Below, one piece after another: positions 55,262 through 64,000 of a stretch of DNA of 64,000 bases. The notes beneath the pieces were generated by a model. It worked only from the letters and a program-made list of their open reading frames with translations. It searched no databases and was not told the origin of the DNA. The DNA comes from Thermodesulfobacteriota bacterium. GTDB taxonomy: Bacteria; Desulfobacterota; Desulfovibrionia; Desulfovibrionales; Desulfovibrionaceae. The position numbers and the translations under genes were made by a program. How positions within the stretch are numbered: position 1 is the first letter of the stretch; the number at the start of each line of letters is the position of its first letter. The DNA lies in the NCBI GenBank assembly GCA_049322415.1, contig JBMORI010000039.1, positions 8,210-72,209 on the forward strand, written 5' to 3'.

Positions 55262-56233
55262 ATGAAGCGCAGACACTTCCTGGGACTCGCCGGCGCGGTC
55301 GCGGCCACGGCCGCGGCAGGACAGGCCAACGCGGCCGGCGGGCACTCCTTTGACGGTTATCCCAACTCCTACGGCGTGCTCTTCGACGCCAGCCGCTGCA
55401 TCGGCTGCCGCCAGTGCGAGTCCGCCTGCAACACGATCAACTCCGAAAACAAGACCAAGCCCTGGACCGAGCTGCCCAAGAAGGACCCCAAGACCTTCGA
55501 GGACCTCAAGGGCATGAACGACAAGGCCCGCACCGACGCCACCATGTACACCCTGGTCAACAAGTACCAGCCGGCGGCACTGGGCGGGAAGTCCCCCGTA
55601 TACAAGAAGTTCCAGTGCATGCACTGCAAGGAGCCCGCCTGCGCCTCCGCCTGCTTCGTGAAGGCCTTCACCAAGGAGCCCTCGGGAGCGGTCACCTACA
55701 ACGGCAGCGTGTGCGTCGGCTGCCGCTACTGCATGGTCGCCTGCCCCTGGAACGTGCCCACGTACGAGTATGACAAGCTCATCCCCTACGTGCAGAAGTG
55801 CCACATGTGCCACCCGCACATCAAAGCCGGGAAGACCCAGGTTCCCGCCTGCGTGGGCGCCTGCCCCATGGAGGCCCTGGTCTGGGGCAAGCGCGAGGAC
55901 CTGGTGAAGGAAGCCTGGAGCCGCGTCACCGCCATCCCCGGCAAGTACCTCCCCCACGTCTACGGCGAGAAGGAGATGGGCGGCACCAACTGGATGTACA
56001 TCTCCAACGTGCCCTTCGCCCAGATCGGCCTGCCCGAGAACCTGGGCAAGACCCCCGCTCCGGAGCTGACCTCCGGCGCGCTGGGCCTGGTTCCCCTGGT
56101 GGCCTGCCTCTGGCCCGTCCTGCTCGGCGGCATCTGGCAGATCACCAAGTGGAAGGACAAGAAGGCTGAGGAAGAAACCAGGAAAGCCGTCGCCGAGGCC
56201 GTCGCCGCTGAGCGGGCCAAGGCCGGGAAATAA
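55262..56233 (+). CDS. nhcB: Tat-exported 4x[4Fe-4S] ferredoxin subunit (HmcB/NhcB, PsrB-like) with a C-terminal TM anchor
   Basis: 323 aa. The twin-arginine signal is [10 protein letters not shown]. The Cys clusters are [36 protein letters not shown] and CHMC...CVGACP. Confidence 0.85.
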   Translation: MKRRHFLGLAGAVAATAAAGQANAAGGHSFDGYPNSYGVLFDASRCIGCRQCESACNTINSENKTKPWTELPKKDPKTFEDLKGMNDKARTDATMYTLVNKYQPAALGGKSPVYKKFQCMHCKEPACASACFVKAFTKEPSGAVTYNGSVCVGCRYCMVACPWNVPTYEYDKLIPYVQKCHMCHPHIKAGKTQVPACVGACPMEALVWGKREDLVKEAWSRVTAIPGKYLPHVYGEKEMGGTNWMYISNVPFAQIGLPENLGKTPAPELTSGALGLVPLVACLWPVLLGGIWQITKWKDKKAEEETRKAVAEAVAAERAKAGK

Positions 56234-56244
56234 GGAGGCAAACA

Positions 56245-57486
56245 ATGAGCCAGCACAATCACCACGCTGAGCCCGTCATCCTGCCTCCCTCGGGAGCGTG
56301 GGGCGTCATCAGGAGTCTGATGAACCCGGGCACCTATCTGCAGTTCGCCAAGGAACACCCGATCCTCTCGGCCATCTTCGTCGTGGGCGTGATCGTGACC
56401 ATCAACCGCTTCTTCATCGGCGGCCTGGCCAAGACCACCAACCTTGACAACAACAACCCCTGGGGCATCTGGATCAGCTTCGACCTGCTCTGCGGCGTCG
56501 CCCTGGCCGCCGGCGGATACACCACCACCTGCGCCGCGCTGATCTTCAACATCAAGGGCTTCCGCACCGCCGTGAAGCCCGCCATCCTCACGGCGTTCCT
56601 CGGCTATGCCTTCGTCGTCTACGCGCTGCTCTACGACGTGGGCCAGCCCTGGAAGCTGCCCTACCCCGTGTTCGTCTCGCAGGGCACAAGCTCGGTCCTC
56701 TTCGAAGTGGGCCTGTGCGTCATGCTCTACGTCACGGTGCTGGCCATCGAGTGGCTGCCCAACTTCACCGACTGGGTGGGCTGGCAGAAGATCAGCCACA
56801 TCATCCACAAGGCCACCATCGCCCTGACCATCATGGGCATCGTGCTCTCCACCATGCACCAGTCGTCGCTGGGCATGCTGTACCTGATCGCGCCCACCAA
56901 GATGCACCCGCTGTGGTACACCTCGCACCTGCCGCTGCAGTTCTTCATCTCCTCGATGGTGGCGGGCATGTCCATGGTGATCTTCGAGGGCACCATCTCC
57001 CACCACTACATGCACAGCCGCATGAGCGCCGAGTACAACAGGGACCACGACGGCGTTCTGTTCATGTTCGCCAAGGCCTGCTCCATCGTGCTCTTCGGCT
57101 ACTTCTTCATGAAGTGGGTCCCCATTGCCGGGGAACACAAGTGGGCCTACCTGTTCGACGGCAAGTTCGCCCTCATGTGGTGGGCCGAGATGCTGGGCTT
57201 CGTGGCCCTGCCCGCCTTCCTGTACGCCGTGGGCTACCGCTCCAAGAACACCGGGACCATCAAGGCCGCGGCCACCATCGCGGTGCTCGGCATCGTGTTC
57301 AACCGCTTCAACGTGTCCTGGTTCGCCTTCAACATCAACCTGGCTCCCGAGCAGAGGTATTTCCCCTCCGTTCAGGAGATCATCGTCTCCGTGTTCGTGG
57401 TCACCCTGATCATCCTGTGCTTCCGCTTCATCTCGAAGTACATGGCCATCTTCTCCGACCACCCGGCCTACAAGGACCACCACTAA
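56245..57486 (+). CDS. nhcC: NrfD/PsrC-family quinone-interacting membrane subunit (HmcC/NhcC)
   Basis: 413 aa with about ten hydrophobic spans. It immediately follows the ferredoxin subunit. Confidence 0.8.
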   Translation: MSQHNHHAEPVILPPSGAWGVIRSLMNPGTYLQFAKEHPILSAIFVVGVIVTINRFFIGGLAKTTNLDNNNPWGIWISFDLLCGVALAAGGYTTTCAALIFNIKGFRTAVKPAILTAFLGYAFVVYALLYDVGQPWKLPYPVFVSQGTSSVLFEVGLCVMLYVTVLAIEWLPNFTDWVGWQKISHIIHKATIALTIMGIVLSTMHQSSLGMLYLIAPTKMHPLWYTSHLPLQFFISSMVAGMSMVIFEGTISHHYMHSRMSAEYNRDHDGVLFMFAKACSIVLFGYFFMKWVPIAGEHKWAYLFDGKFALMWWAEMLGFVALPAFLYAVGYRSKNTGTIKAAATIAVLGIVFNRFNVSWFAFNINLAPEQRYFPSVQEIIVSVFVVTLIILCFRFISKYMAIFSDHPAYKDHH

Positions 57487-57499
57487 GAGGAGGATGGAG

Positions 57500-57640
57500 A
57501 TGCAGTTCTACGTCTATCACGACCAGATGGTCTTCGCCAAAGCGGCTGCCTACATCCTGATGGCCGTGGCGCTTATCTGCGCCGTCGGCTGGTGGAAGTT
57601 CCTCACGGGCAAGGAACCCAAGGACGACAACCACCATTAG
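57500..57640 (+). CDS. nhcD: Small single-TM membrane subunit (HmcD/NhcD-like)
   Basis: Below the ORF-track cutoff. AGGAGG lies 6 nt before the ATG. The product is MQFYVYHDQMVFAKAAAYILMAVALICAVGWWKFLTGKEPKDDNHH (46 aa). Confidence 0.6.
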   Translation: MQFYVYHDQMVFAKAAAYILMAVALICAVGWWKFLTGKEPKDDNHH

Positions 57641-57665
57641 GCTGGTTGGAAGAAACGAGTAGCAA

Positions 57666-57697
57666 GGGCCGCGCGGCATCCGCCGCGCGGCCTTTTC
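57666..57697 (+). terminator. Intrinsic terminator ending the nhc-type operon
   Basis: A 10-bp GC stem (ggccgcgcgg / ccgcgcggcc) with a 6-nt loop, followed by tttt. Confidence 0.8.
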
Positions 57698-57717
57698 AAT
57701 TGGCATGAGAGAGAAGC

Positions 57718-57778
57718 TGCCTCCGGCGGCCAGCGGGGTTATCCCCCTGGCCCCTCAATTGCCGCGCGGGTTTCAGGC
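57718..57778 (+). repeat. GC-rich intergenic repeat element, copy lacking the nested hairpin
   Basis: tgcctccggcgg + ccagcggggttatccccctggcccctcaattgccgcgcgggtttcaggc. See 40103-40199. Confidence 0.7.
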
Positions 57779-57907
57779 AGGGTTGCCGGGAGGTGGAGTT
57801 GCGGTCAGGGTCTTGCACGCGTTGACCGGCGCGGATAATGTCGCGAGGCCCCGGCAGCGCAATGCCGGGCGAAGCGCCAACCCTCGCTCAAGTCCCAAGG
57901 AGCCTCC

Positions 57908-59284
57908 ATGCCCAGCCTTGATCCCGTTCAGGACCTGAAAGACATCTTCACCGCCGCTCTCGACCGCATCGACCCCTACAAGATGATCAAAAGCCGCGTC
58001 CGCCTTGAGGGGGACATCCTCGTGGTGGACATGGAGGACGCCACCCGCCGGGTGGACCTCGCCCCCTTCGAGCGCGTCATCGTACTCGGCGGCGGCAAGG
58101 CCTCGGCGCGGATGGCCCGCGCCTTCGAGGAGATACTGGGCGACAGGATCACGGACGGCCTCGTCGTGGTCAAATACGATCATACCGACGACCTCAAGCG
58201 CGTCAGGCAACGCGAGTCGGGACATCCCGTGCCGGACCAGAACGGCGTGGACGCCGCCCGCGAACTGGCCGCCCTGGCAAGGAGCGCGGACGAAAAGACG
58301 CTGGTCATCACCTGCATCTCCGGCGGAGGGTCGGCCCTCCTGCCCGCGCCCATGACCTGCGACGCCGATGGCGAGCGCATCGAACTGACGCTCGCCGACA
58401 AGCAGGAGACCACCAGGGCGCTCCTGGCCTGCGGCGCGGACATCAAGGAGATCAACTGCCTGCGCAAGCACCTCTCCGACCTCAAGGGCGGGCGCTTCCT
58501 TAGGCTCATGGCCCCGGCCAGAAGCCTCAACTTCATCCTCTCCGACGTAGTGGGCGACTGCCTGCAGACAATCGCCTCGGGCATCACCGTGGCCGACGAG
58601 GGCACCTTCGCCGACGCCATGGCCATCGTGCGCAGGTACGCAATCGCGGAAAAGCTGCCGCCGAACGTGCTCAAGGTGCTCAGCCTGGGAGAGCAGGGCG
58701 TCATCGACGAGACGGTGAAGCCGGGCGACCCGGCCATCGCGCTCTCGGACAACATCCTCATAGGCACCAACCACGCCGCCATGATGGCCGCCGCCGACAA
58801 GGCGCGCTCGCTTGGCTACAACGTCTCCCCGCTCACCTGCCTGCTCACCGGCGAGGCGCGCGAGGCGGCCAAATTCCAGGCGGGCATCGCGCGCGACGTG
58901 CGCAAGTCTGACATGCTGGTGAAGAAACCCGCCTGCGTGCTGCTCGGCGGCGAGACCGTGGTCACCCTGGCAGGGCCGGGCAAGGGGGGGCGCAACCAGG
59001 AGATGGCCCTGGCCTTCCTGGCCGAGATGGACAAGGACGCGGAGGCGGGGCGCGGCATATGGTACCTGTCCGCGTCCACGGACGGCTCCGACGGCCCCAC
59101 CGACGCCGCCGGGGCCTTCGCCACGCCGGAATTGCTGCAAAAGGCGCGCTCCATGGGTCTGTCCATGTCCAGGGCGCTTTCCGGGAACGACTCCTACCAC
59201 TTCTTCGAGGCCCTGGACGGGCTCTACAAGACCGGCCCCACCATGACCAATGTGTGCGATCTGCACATGATCCTGGTGATATAG
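57908..59284 (+). CDS. Glycerate 2-kinase / hydroxypyruvate-reductase-like protein (DUF4147 + MOFRL)
   Basis: 458 aa. It contains VIVLGGGKASARMA, GHPVPD, ISGGGSALL and GGETVVTLAGPGKGGRNQE, and ends MTNVCDLHMILV. Confidence 0.8.
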   Translation: MPSLDPVQDLKDIFTAALDRIDPYKMIKSRVRLEGDILVVDMEDATRRVDLAPFERVIVLGGGKASARMARAFEEILGDRITDGLVVVKYDHTDDLKRVRQRESGHPVPDQNGVDAARELAALARSADEKTLVITCISGGGSALLPAPMTCDADGERIELTLADKQETTRALLACGADIKEINCLRKHLSDLKGGRFLRLMAPARSLNFILSDVVGDCLQTIASGITVADEGTFADAMAIVRRYAIAEKLPPNVLKVLSLGEQGVIDETVKPGDPAIALSDNILIGTNHAAMMAAADKARSLGYNVSPLTCLLTGEAREAAKFQAGIARDVRKSDMLVKKPACVLLGGETVVTLAGPGKGGRNQEMALAFLAEMDKDAEAGRGIWYLSASTDGSDGPTDAAGAFATPELLQKARSMGLSMSRALSGNDSYHFFEALDGLYKTGPTMTNVCDLHMILVI

Positions 59285-59354
59285 CTTGACAAGAACGGCA
59301 ATTAGAGAGGATTTTGCCTCGTTTCCGACACAATCAACCGTCCTGGAGGACAGC

Positions 59355-60524
59355 ATGACCAGAGTCCTGATGCTCGTGGCCCTGCTTATGAGCCTTGCCG
59401 TGCCCGTCATGGCCGAGCCCGTGGCCAGCCCCATTCCCATCGGCATCGCCGTGGCCACCACCAGCAACGTGGCCCTCTTCGGCGAGGAGCAGGTCAATGG
59501 CGCCAAGATCGCCGAGGCCTATTTCAACGCCAAGGGCGGCGTGAACGGCACGCCCATCAAGCTGGTCTTCCAGGACACCGCCGGCGACGAGGCCGGAGCT
59601 GTCAACGCATTCCAGAGCCTGATCACCGCCAAGGTGACGGCCATCATCGGGCCCACGCTGTCCCAGCAGGCCTTCGCCGCCGACCCCATCGCCGACCGCG
59701 CCAAGGTGCCCGTGATCGGACCCTCCAACACCGCCAAGGGCATCGCGCAGATCGGCGAGTTCGTGGGACGCATCTCCGCCCCCATGACCGTGGTCGCCCC
59801 CAACTCGCTGAAGAAAGCCCTGGCCATGAACCCCAACATCAAGAAGGTCGCGGTCCTGTACGCCCAGAACGACGCCTTCTCAACCTCCGAGACCGGCGTC
59901 TTCCAGGAGGCCGTCAAGGCCCTTGGCCTGGAGACCGTGTCCGTGCAGAAGTTCCAGACCACCGACACTGACTTCACCACCCAGGTCACCGCGGTGCTCG
60001 GCTCGGGCGCCGACCTTGTCGTCATCTCCGGCCTGGCCGCCGACTCCGGCAACCTGGTCAAGCAGCTGCGCCAGCTGGGCTACAAGGGCCTGGTCGTGGG
60101 CGGCAACGGGCTCAACTCCCCCAACATGTTCCCGGTGTGCGGCCCCCTGTGCGAGGGCATCCTGGTGGCCCAGGCCTACAGCCCGCAGTCCGACGCGCCC
60201 ATCAACGTGGAGTTCGCCAAGAAGTTCGAGGAAGCCTACAAGAAGTCCCCCGCACAGTTCTCCGCCCAGGCCTTCACCGCCGTGCAGGTCGTCGTGGAGG
60301 CCCTGGCCAAGGTCGAGAAGGCCTCCGGCAAGAAGATCACCGCCATGGAGCTGGACGCCGTCCGCGCCGACCTCAACAAGGCCCTGCGCACCGGCTCCTA
60401 CATGACCCCGCTGGGCGAGATCAGCCTCGATCCCGAAGGCGAAGTGATCCAGAAGGACTTCTACGTCTCCAGCATCAAGATGAACCCCGACGGCAAGACC
60501 GGGGCTTTCGTCCTGACAAAGTAA
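59355..60524 (+). CDS. livK: Branched-chain amino-acid ABC transporter substrate-binding protein
   Basis: Track ORF trimmed to MTRVLMLVALLMSLAVPVMA, which follows a GGAGGA Shine-Dalgarno. The pattern IGIAVATTSNVALFGEEQVNGAKIA...GGVNGTPIKLVFQD fits the LivJ/K family. Confidence 0.85.
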   Translation: MTRVLMLVALLMSLAVPVMAEPVASPIPIGIAVATTSNVALFGEEQVNGAKIAEAYFNAKGGVNGTPIKLVFQDTAGDEAGAVNAFQSLITAKVTAIIGPTLSQQAFAADPIADRAKVPVIGPSNTAKGIAQIGEFVGRISAPMTVVAPNSLKKALAMNPNIKKVAVLYAQNDAFSTSETGVFQEAVKALGLETVSVQKFQTTDTDFTTQVTAVLGSGADLVVISGLAADSGNLVKQLRQLGYKGLVVGGNGLNSPNMFPVCGPLCEGILVAQAYSPQSDAPINVEFAKKFEEAYKKSPAQFSAQAFTAVQVVVEALAKVEKASGKKITAMELDAVRADLNKALRTGSYMTPLGEISLDPEGEVIQKDFYVSSIKMNPDGKTGAFVLTK

Positions 60525-60535
60525 GCGCATGATGG

Positions 60536-60562
60536 GGGGGAGGCCGGCACCTCCCCCTTTTT
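60536..60562 (+). terminator. Intrinsic terminator or attenuator directly after livK
   Basis: gggggagg-ccggca-cctccccc, followed by ttttt. Confidence 0.8.
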
Positions 60563-60571
60563 CGGGAAGGG

Positions 60572-60630
60572 GATGCCTCAGGCGGCCAAAGAGGGACCTT
60601 TTGGGAACTTGTTTCCTCTCTGGACTCTCC
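60572..60630 (+). repeat. GC-rich intergenic repeat element, left-module copy with an expanded loop
   Basis: gatgcctcaggcggccaaagaggg...cctctctggactctcc, compared with 40103-40149 gatgcctccggcgtccagagaggg...ccctctctggactcaccc. Confidence 0.6.
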
Positions 60631-60743
60631 TTCAATAACTTTTGACGGCTTCACGCCGGCGGGCGGAGTGGGGACAGGTCGTTTGCTCCGTCCGACGGGG
60701 TGGCTCCAATTTGCCGGTGATCGATGCGAAGCTATAAGGGATT

Positions 60744-60800
60744 CCAAAGGAACGAAGTTCCTTTGGCGGGAGAGCCCGGAGAGGGCAGCGCCCTCTCCGG
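60744..60800 (+). repeat. Two tandem perfect hairpins in the livK-livH spacer
   Basis: The first is ccaaaggaac-gaa-gttcctttgg (60744-60766). The second is ccggagagggc-agc-gccctctccgg (60776-60800). The second differs from the hairpin at 40117-40141 by a compensatory A:T to G:C stem change. Confidence 0.65.
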
Positions 60801-60867
60801 CCGCCGGGGGAGAAAGATTGGCCCGGCGCTGGCATTTACCTGTTACCGTTTTTTGTTGGCCTAAATC

Positions 60868-61818
60868 ATGTCCCTAGCCTGGTTTCTGCAAAATCTCCTG
60901 AACGGGCTCTCCATCGGCAGCGTGTACGCCGTGTTCGCCCTGGGCTACACCCTGGTGTTCTCCATCCTGGGGATCATCAACTTCGCCCATGGCGCGGTGT
61001 TCACCCTGGGAGCGTACCTGACTTACGTGCTGGCGGTGGGGCAGTTCGGCTTAAACGGCCTGCTGGCCGGGATGAGCCTGCCCTTCAAGCTGCCCTTCAT
61101 CCCCGCCCTGCTGGTGGGCGCGGCCCTCTCGGGCCTTGCGGGCATGGCGGTGGAGCGCCTGGCGTTCAGGCCTCTTCGCAAGCGCGGCGCGGACGCGTTG
61201 CTGGCCCTTGTCTCCAGCCTGGGCGTGGCCCTCATACTGGTGAACCTGATCCAGTACCTGTTCGGCGCGGAGATATATTCATTCCCGTCCGACGTGTTCG
61301 GCTCGCTCCCCCCCGCCATGATCTTCAATGTGGGGGGCAAGATGGTGGCGGTGCGCACGGTGCAGGTCATCCTCTTCGCCGTGAGCATGGTCATGCTTGG
61401 GCTTCTGGTCTGGTTCATCCAGTTCACCAAGCAGGGCAAGGCGCTGCGCGCCACGGCCGAGAACCCGGACACCGCGAGCCTCCTGGGCATCGGGGTGGAC
61501 ACCTTCATCCTGGGCACGTTCTTCATCTCCGGCATCCTGGGCGGCATGTCCGGCACGCTCATCGGGGTGAGCTTCGGCCTGGCCGGGCCCTATTTCGGCG
61601 TGGCCTACGGCCTCAAGGCCCTGGCGGTCATCGTGCTGGGCGGGCTCGGCTCCATTCCCGGCGCGGTGGCGGGAGGCCTGGTGATCGGGCTGGCCGAGGC
61701 CTTCCTGCCGCCGGACATGTCCTCCTACAAGGAAGCCGTGGCCTACGTGCTGCTTTTCGTGATCCTGCTGGTCAGGCCGCAGGGGCTTCTCGGCAAGAAC
61801 GTGGAGCAGAAGGTGTAG
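60868..61818 (+). CDS. livH: Branched-chain amino-acid ABC transporter permease
   Basis: 316 aa. The N-terminus LLNGLSIGSVYAVFALGYTLVFSILGIINFAHG is typical of LivH. Confidence 0.9.
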   Translation: MSLAWFLQNLLNGLSIGSVYAVFALGYTLVFSILGIINFAHGAVFTLGAYLTYVLAVGQFGLNGLLAGMSLPFKLPFIPALLVGAALSGLAGMAVERLAFRPLRKRGADALLALVSSLGVALILVNLIQYLFGAEIYSFPSDVFGSLPPAMIFNVGGKMVAVRTVQVILFAVSMVMLGLLVWFIQFTKQGKALRATAENPDTASLLGIGVDTFILGTFFISGILGGMSGTLIGVSFGLAGPYFGVAYGLKALAVIVLGGLGSIPGAVAGGLVIGLAEAFLPPDMSSYKEAVAYVLLFVILLVRPQGLLGKNVEQKV

Positions 61819-61822
61819 CGTC

Positions 61823-62695
61823 ATGGAAGATTTCGTCGCGCGCTACGGTTTCCTCTTCGTCACGGTGATCCAGCAGGCCCTGCTCGGCCTTTCGCTCTAT
61901 TTCCCGCTCATGGCCGGCCAGTTGTCGCTGGCGAGCATCGGCTTCTACGCGCTGGGCGGCTACGTGGCCGCCATCATGGGCACCCACCCGGCTCTGGCGG
62001 GGCTGCGCGAGTCCCTGGGCTTTTTCATCTACCCGCTGGAATGGCTGACGGCTCTGGTGATCTCCGTGGCGCTGGGGCTGGGGCTTGGCTTCCCGGCGCT
62101 TCGGCTGCGGGGCATCTATCTGGCCCTGGCCACCATCGCCTTCGTGCAGGTGTTCGGCGTGGTGGTCCTCAACCTGCCCATCGCGGGCGGGGCAGTGGGC
62201 ATCTTCGGCATTCCGCAGCCCTTCGAGAGCAGGCTGGCCTATTTCTGGTTCTTCGGCCCGCTGCTGGCTTTGACGCTGCTGTTCCTTTGGAAGCTCGAAC
62301 GCTCGGGCACGGGACGGCTGTTCTTCTCCATCCGGGAGGACGAGCTTGCCGCGAGGGCCATGGGCGTGAACGTCACCTGGCGCAAGGTTCAGGCCTTCGT
62401 CATCGGCTGCGCCCTGGCAGGCGTGGTGGGGGCCATGAGCGCGCCATTCCTCAACACCTGGAACGGCCGCCAGGGCACCTTCGACGCGGGCGTGGCCTGT
62501 CTGGCCTACGTGCTCATTGGCGGGGCGCGCTCCAAATGGGGAGCGCTTCTGGGCGCGGCGCTGCTGGTGAGCCTGCCGGAGCTTCTGCGGCCACTCAAGG
62601 ATTCCCGAATGATACTCAACGGCGTGGTGCTGGTGCTGGCGTGCGTGTACTTGCCGCGCGGCATCGTGGGCCTCTTCTCCCGGAGCGGGAAATGA
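61823..62695 (+). CDS. livM: Branched-chain amino-acid ABC transporter permease
   Basis: 290 aa and multi-pass, containing AIREDELAARAMGVN. Confidence 0.85.
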   Translation: MEDFVARYGFLFVTVIQQALLGLSLYFPLMAGQLSLASIGFYALGGYVAAIMGTHPALAGLRESLGFFIYPLEWLTALVISVALGLGLGFPALRLRGIYLALATIAFVQVFGVVVLNLPIAGGAVGIFGIPQPFESRLAYFWFFGPLLALTLLFLWKLERSGTGRLFFSIREDELAARAMGVNVTWRKVQAFVIGCALAGVVGAMSAPFLNTWNGRQGTFDAGVACLAYVLIGGARSKWGALLGAALLVSLPELLRPLKDSRMILNGVVLVLACVYLPRGIVGLFSRSGK

Positions 62696-63473
62696 GCGCC
62701 GTCCTTTCCGTCAAGAACCTCTCCAAGAGCTTCGGCGGCCTCATGGCCGTCATGGGCGTGGAGTTCGAGGTTGCCGAGGGCGAGATATTCGGCCTGATCG
62801 GCCCCAACGGCGCGGGCAAGACTACCCTCTTCAACATGCTCACCGGGCTTACCAAGCCTTCCGCCGGGACCGTCACCTTCCGGGGCGAGGACATCACCGG
62901 CCGCGACCCGGCCGTCATCGCCCGGATGGGCATGGCCCGCACCTTCCAGAACATCCGCCTCTTCGGGGGCATGAGCGTGCTGGACAACGTGCGCGTCCCC
63001 CTGCACGCCAAAAAGGATGCAGGAATCTGGGCCAACATCCTGGGCCTTGGCGCCGCCCGCGAGAACGAGCGCGAGGCCCTGGAGCGCGCGAGGCGGCTGG
63101 TGGAACTCGTCGGCCTTACGGACCGCATCGGCACCCCGGCCGCGAGCCTGCCCTACGGCGCGAGACGCCGCCTGGAGATCGCCCGGGCGCTGGCGCTCTC
63201 ACCCAAGCTCCTGCTGCTGGACGAACCCGCCGCGGGCATGAACCCGGCCGAGAAGCAGGACCTTGCCCGCTTCATCCGCGAGATACGCGACCGCTTCGAG
63301 CTCACCGTGGTGTTCATCGAGCACAACGTGCCCATGGTCATGGGCCTGTGCCGGTCCGTGGCCGTGCTCAACTTCGGGGAGCTCATCGCCAAGGGCACGC
63401 CGGACGAGGTGCAGTGCGACCCGGCGGTGGTCGAGGCCTACCTGGGGCAGGAGCAGCCTGGAGAGGAGGCCGC

Positions 63474-63486
<13 letters not shown>
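62692..63486 (+). CDS. livG: Branched-chain amino-acid ABC transporter ATP-binding protein
   Basis: Its ATG overlaps the livM stop (ATGA). The product starts MSAVLSVKNLSKSFGGL. Walker A is GPNGAGKTT, the signature region is LPYGARRRLEIARAL, and Walker B is LLLDEPAAGMN. Confidence 0.9.

Positions 63487-64000
<514 letters not shown>

Noticed and set aside
57705-57938. 77-aa plus-strand ORF after the nhc-type operon
   Set aside because: Its N-terminus (…GVIPLAPQLPRG…) is the translation of the intergenic repeat also present at 40151-40199. It overlaps the terminator-proximal spacer and the glycerate kinase start.

Overview
This is a GC-rich chromosomal segment with strongly GC3-biased codons. 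Its gene content looks like a Desulfovibrio-type sulfate reducer, but that is inference only, since no database search was possible. I support about 62 protein-coding genes.

Left to right, the window contains:
- a minus-strand glycan-modification cluster (AsnB, GNAT, two radical SAM/SPASM genes, GT2, a polytopic membrane protein)
- a polar amino-acid ABC transporter
- a TPR / tandem-MshEN-like / lipoprotein operon
- a MacAB-type efflux operon
- a truncated GNAT remnant
- a divergent acetyl-CoA-synthetase-like / Pat-type acetyltransferase pair
- an orphan flaG with a sigma-28 promoter
- yggS-fliLMNOPQ followed by a methyltransferase
- trxC
- a peptidoglycan-trimming trio (YkuD+NTF2-like protein, membrane coiled-coil protein, M14 carboxypeptidase with an atypical QxxE zinc motif)
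- pyrE and purB
- an unannotated 36-aa basic protein and an FmdB zinc-ribbon protein
- a giant GT39-like membrane protein plus a Sel1 protein
- sfsA, an aspartate aminotransferase and pgi
- a histidine kinase / sigma-54 response regulator pair running into a DEAH-helicase-DUF1998-exonuclease fusion
- an Rrf2 regulator
- two adjacent redox operons (cytochrome b / HdrD-like / tetraheme c3, then a nine-heme NhcABCD-type complex)
- a glycerate kinase
- livKHMGF

No rRNA, tRNA, CRISPR array, IS element or prophage was recognisable.

Most interesting observations:
1. The clustered Csd4/Csd6-like cell-shape candidate module.
2. A four-fold 24+5-residue MshEN-type repeat protein, a candidate c-di-GMP receptor.
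3. A natural MrfA-MrfB-like helicase-exonuclease fusion.
4. A 20-nt motif shared by the long leaders of both cytochrome operons, next to an Rrf2 gene.
5. Two families of intergenic hairpin repeats.

Many very long ORFs in the six-frame track are antisense or alternate-frame artefacts of the high GC content and were rejected. All calls come from reading the sequence and translations by eye. Start codons are the least certain part.
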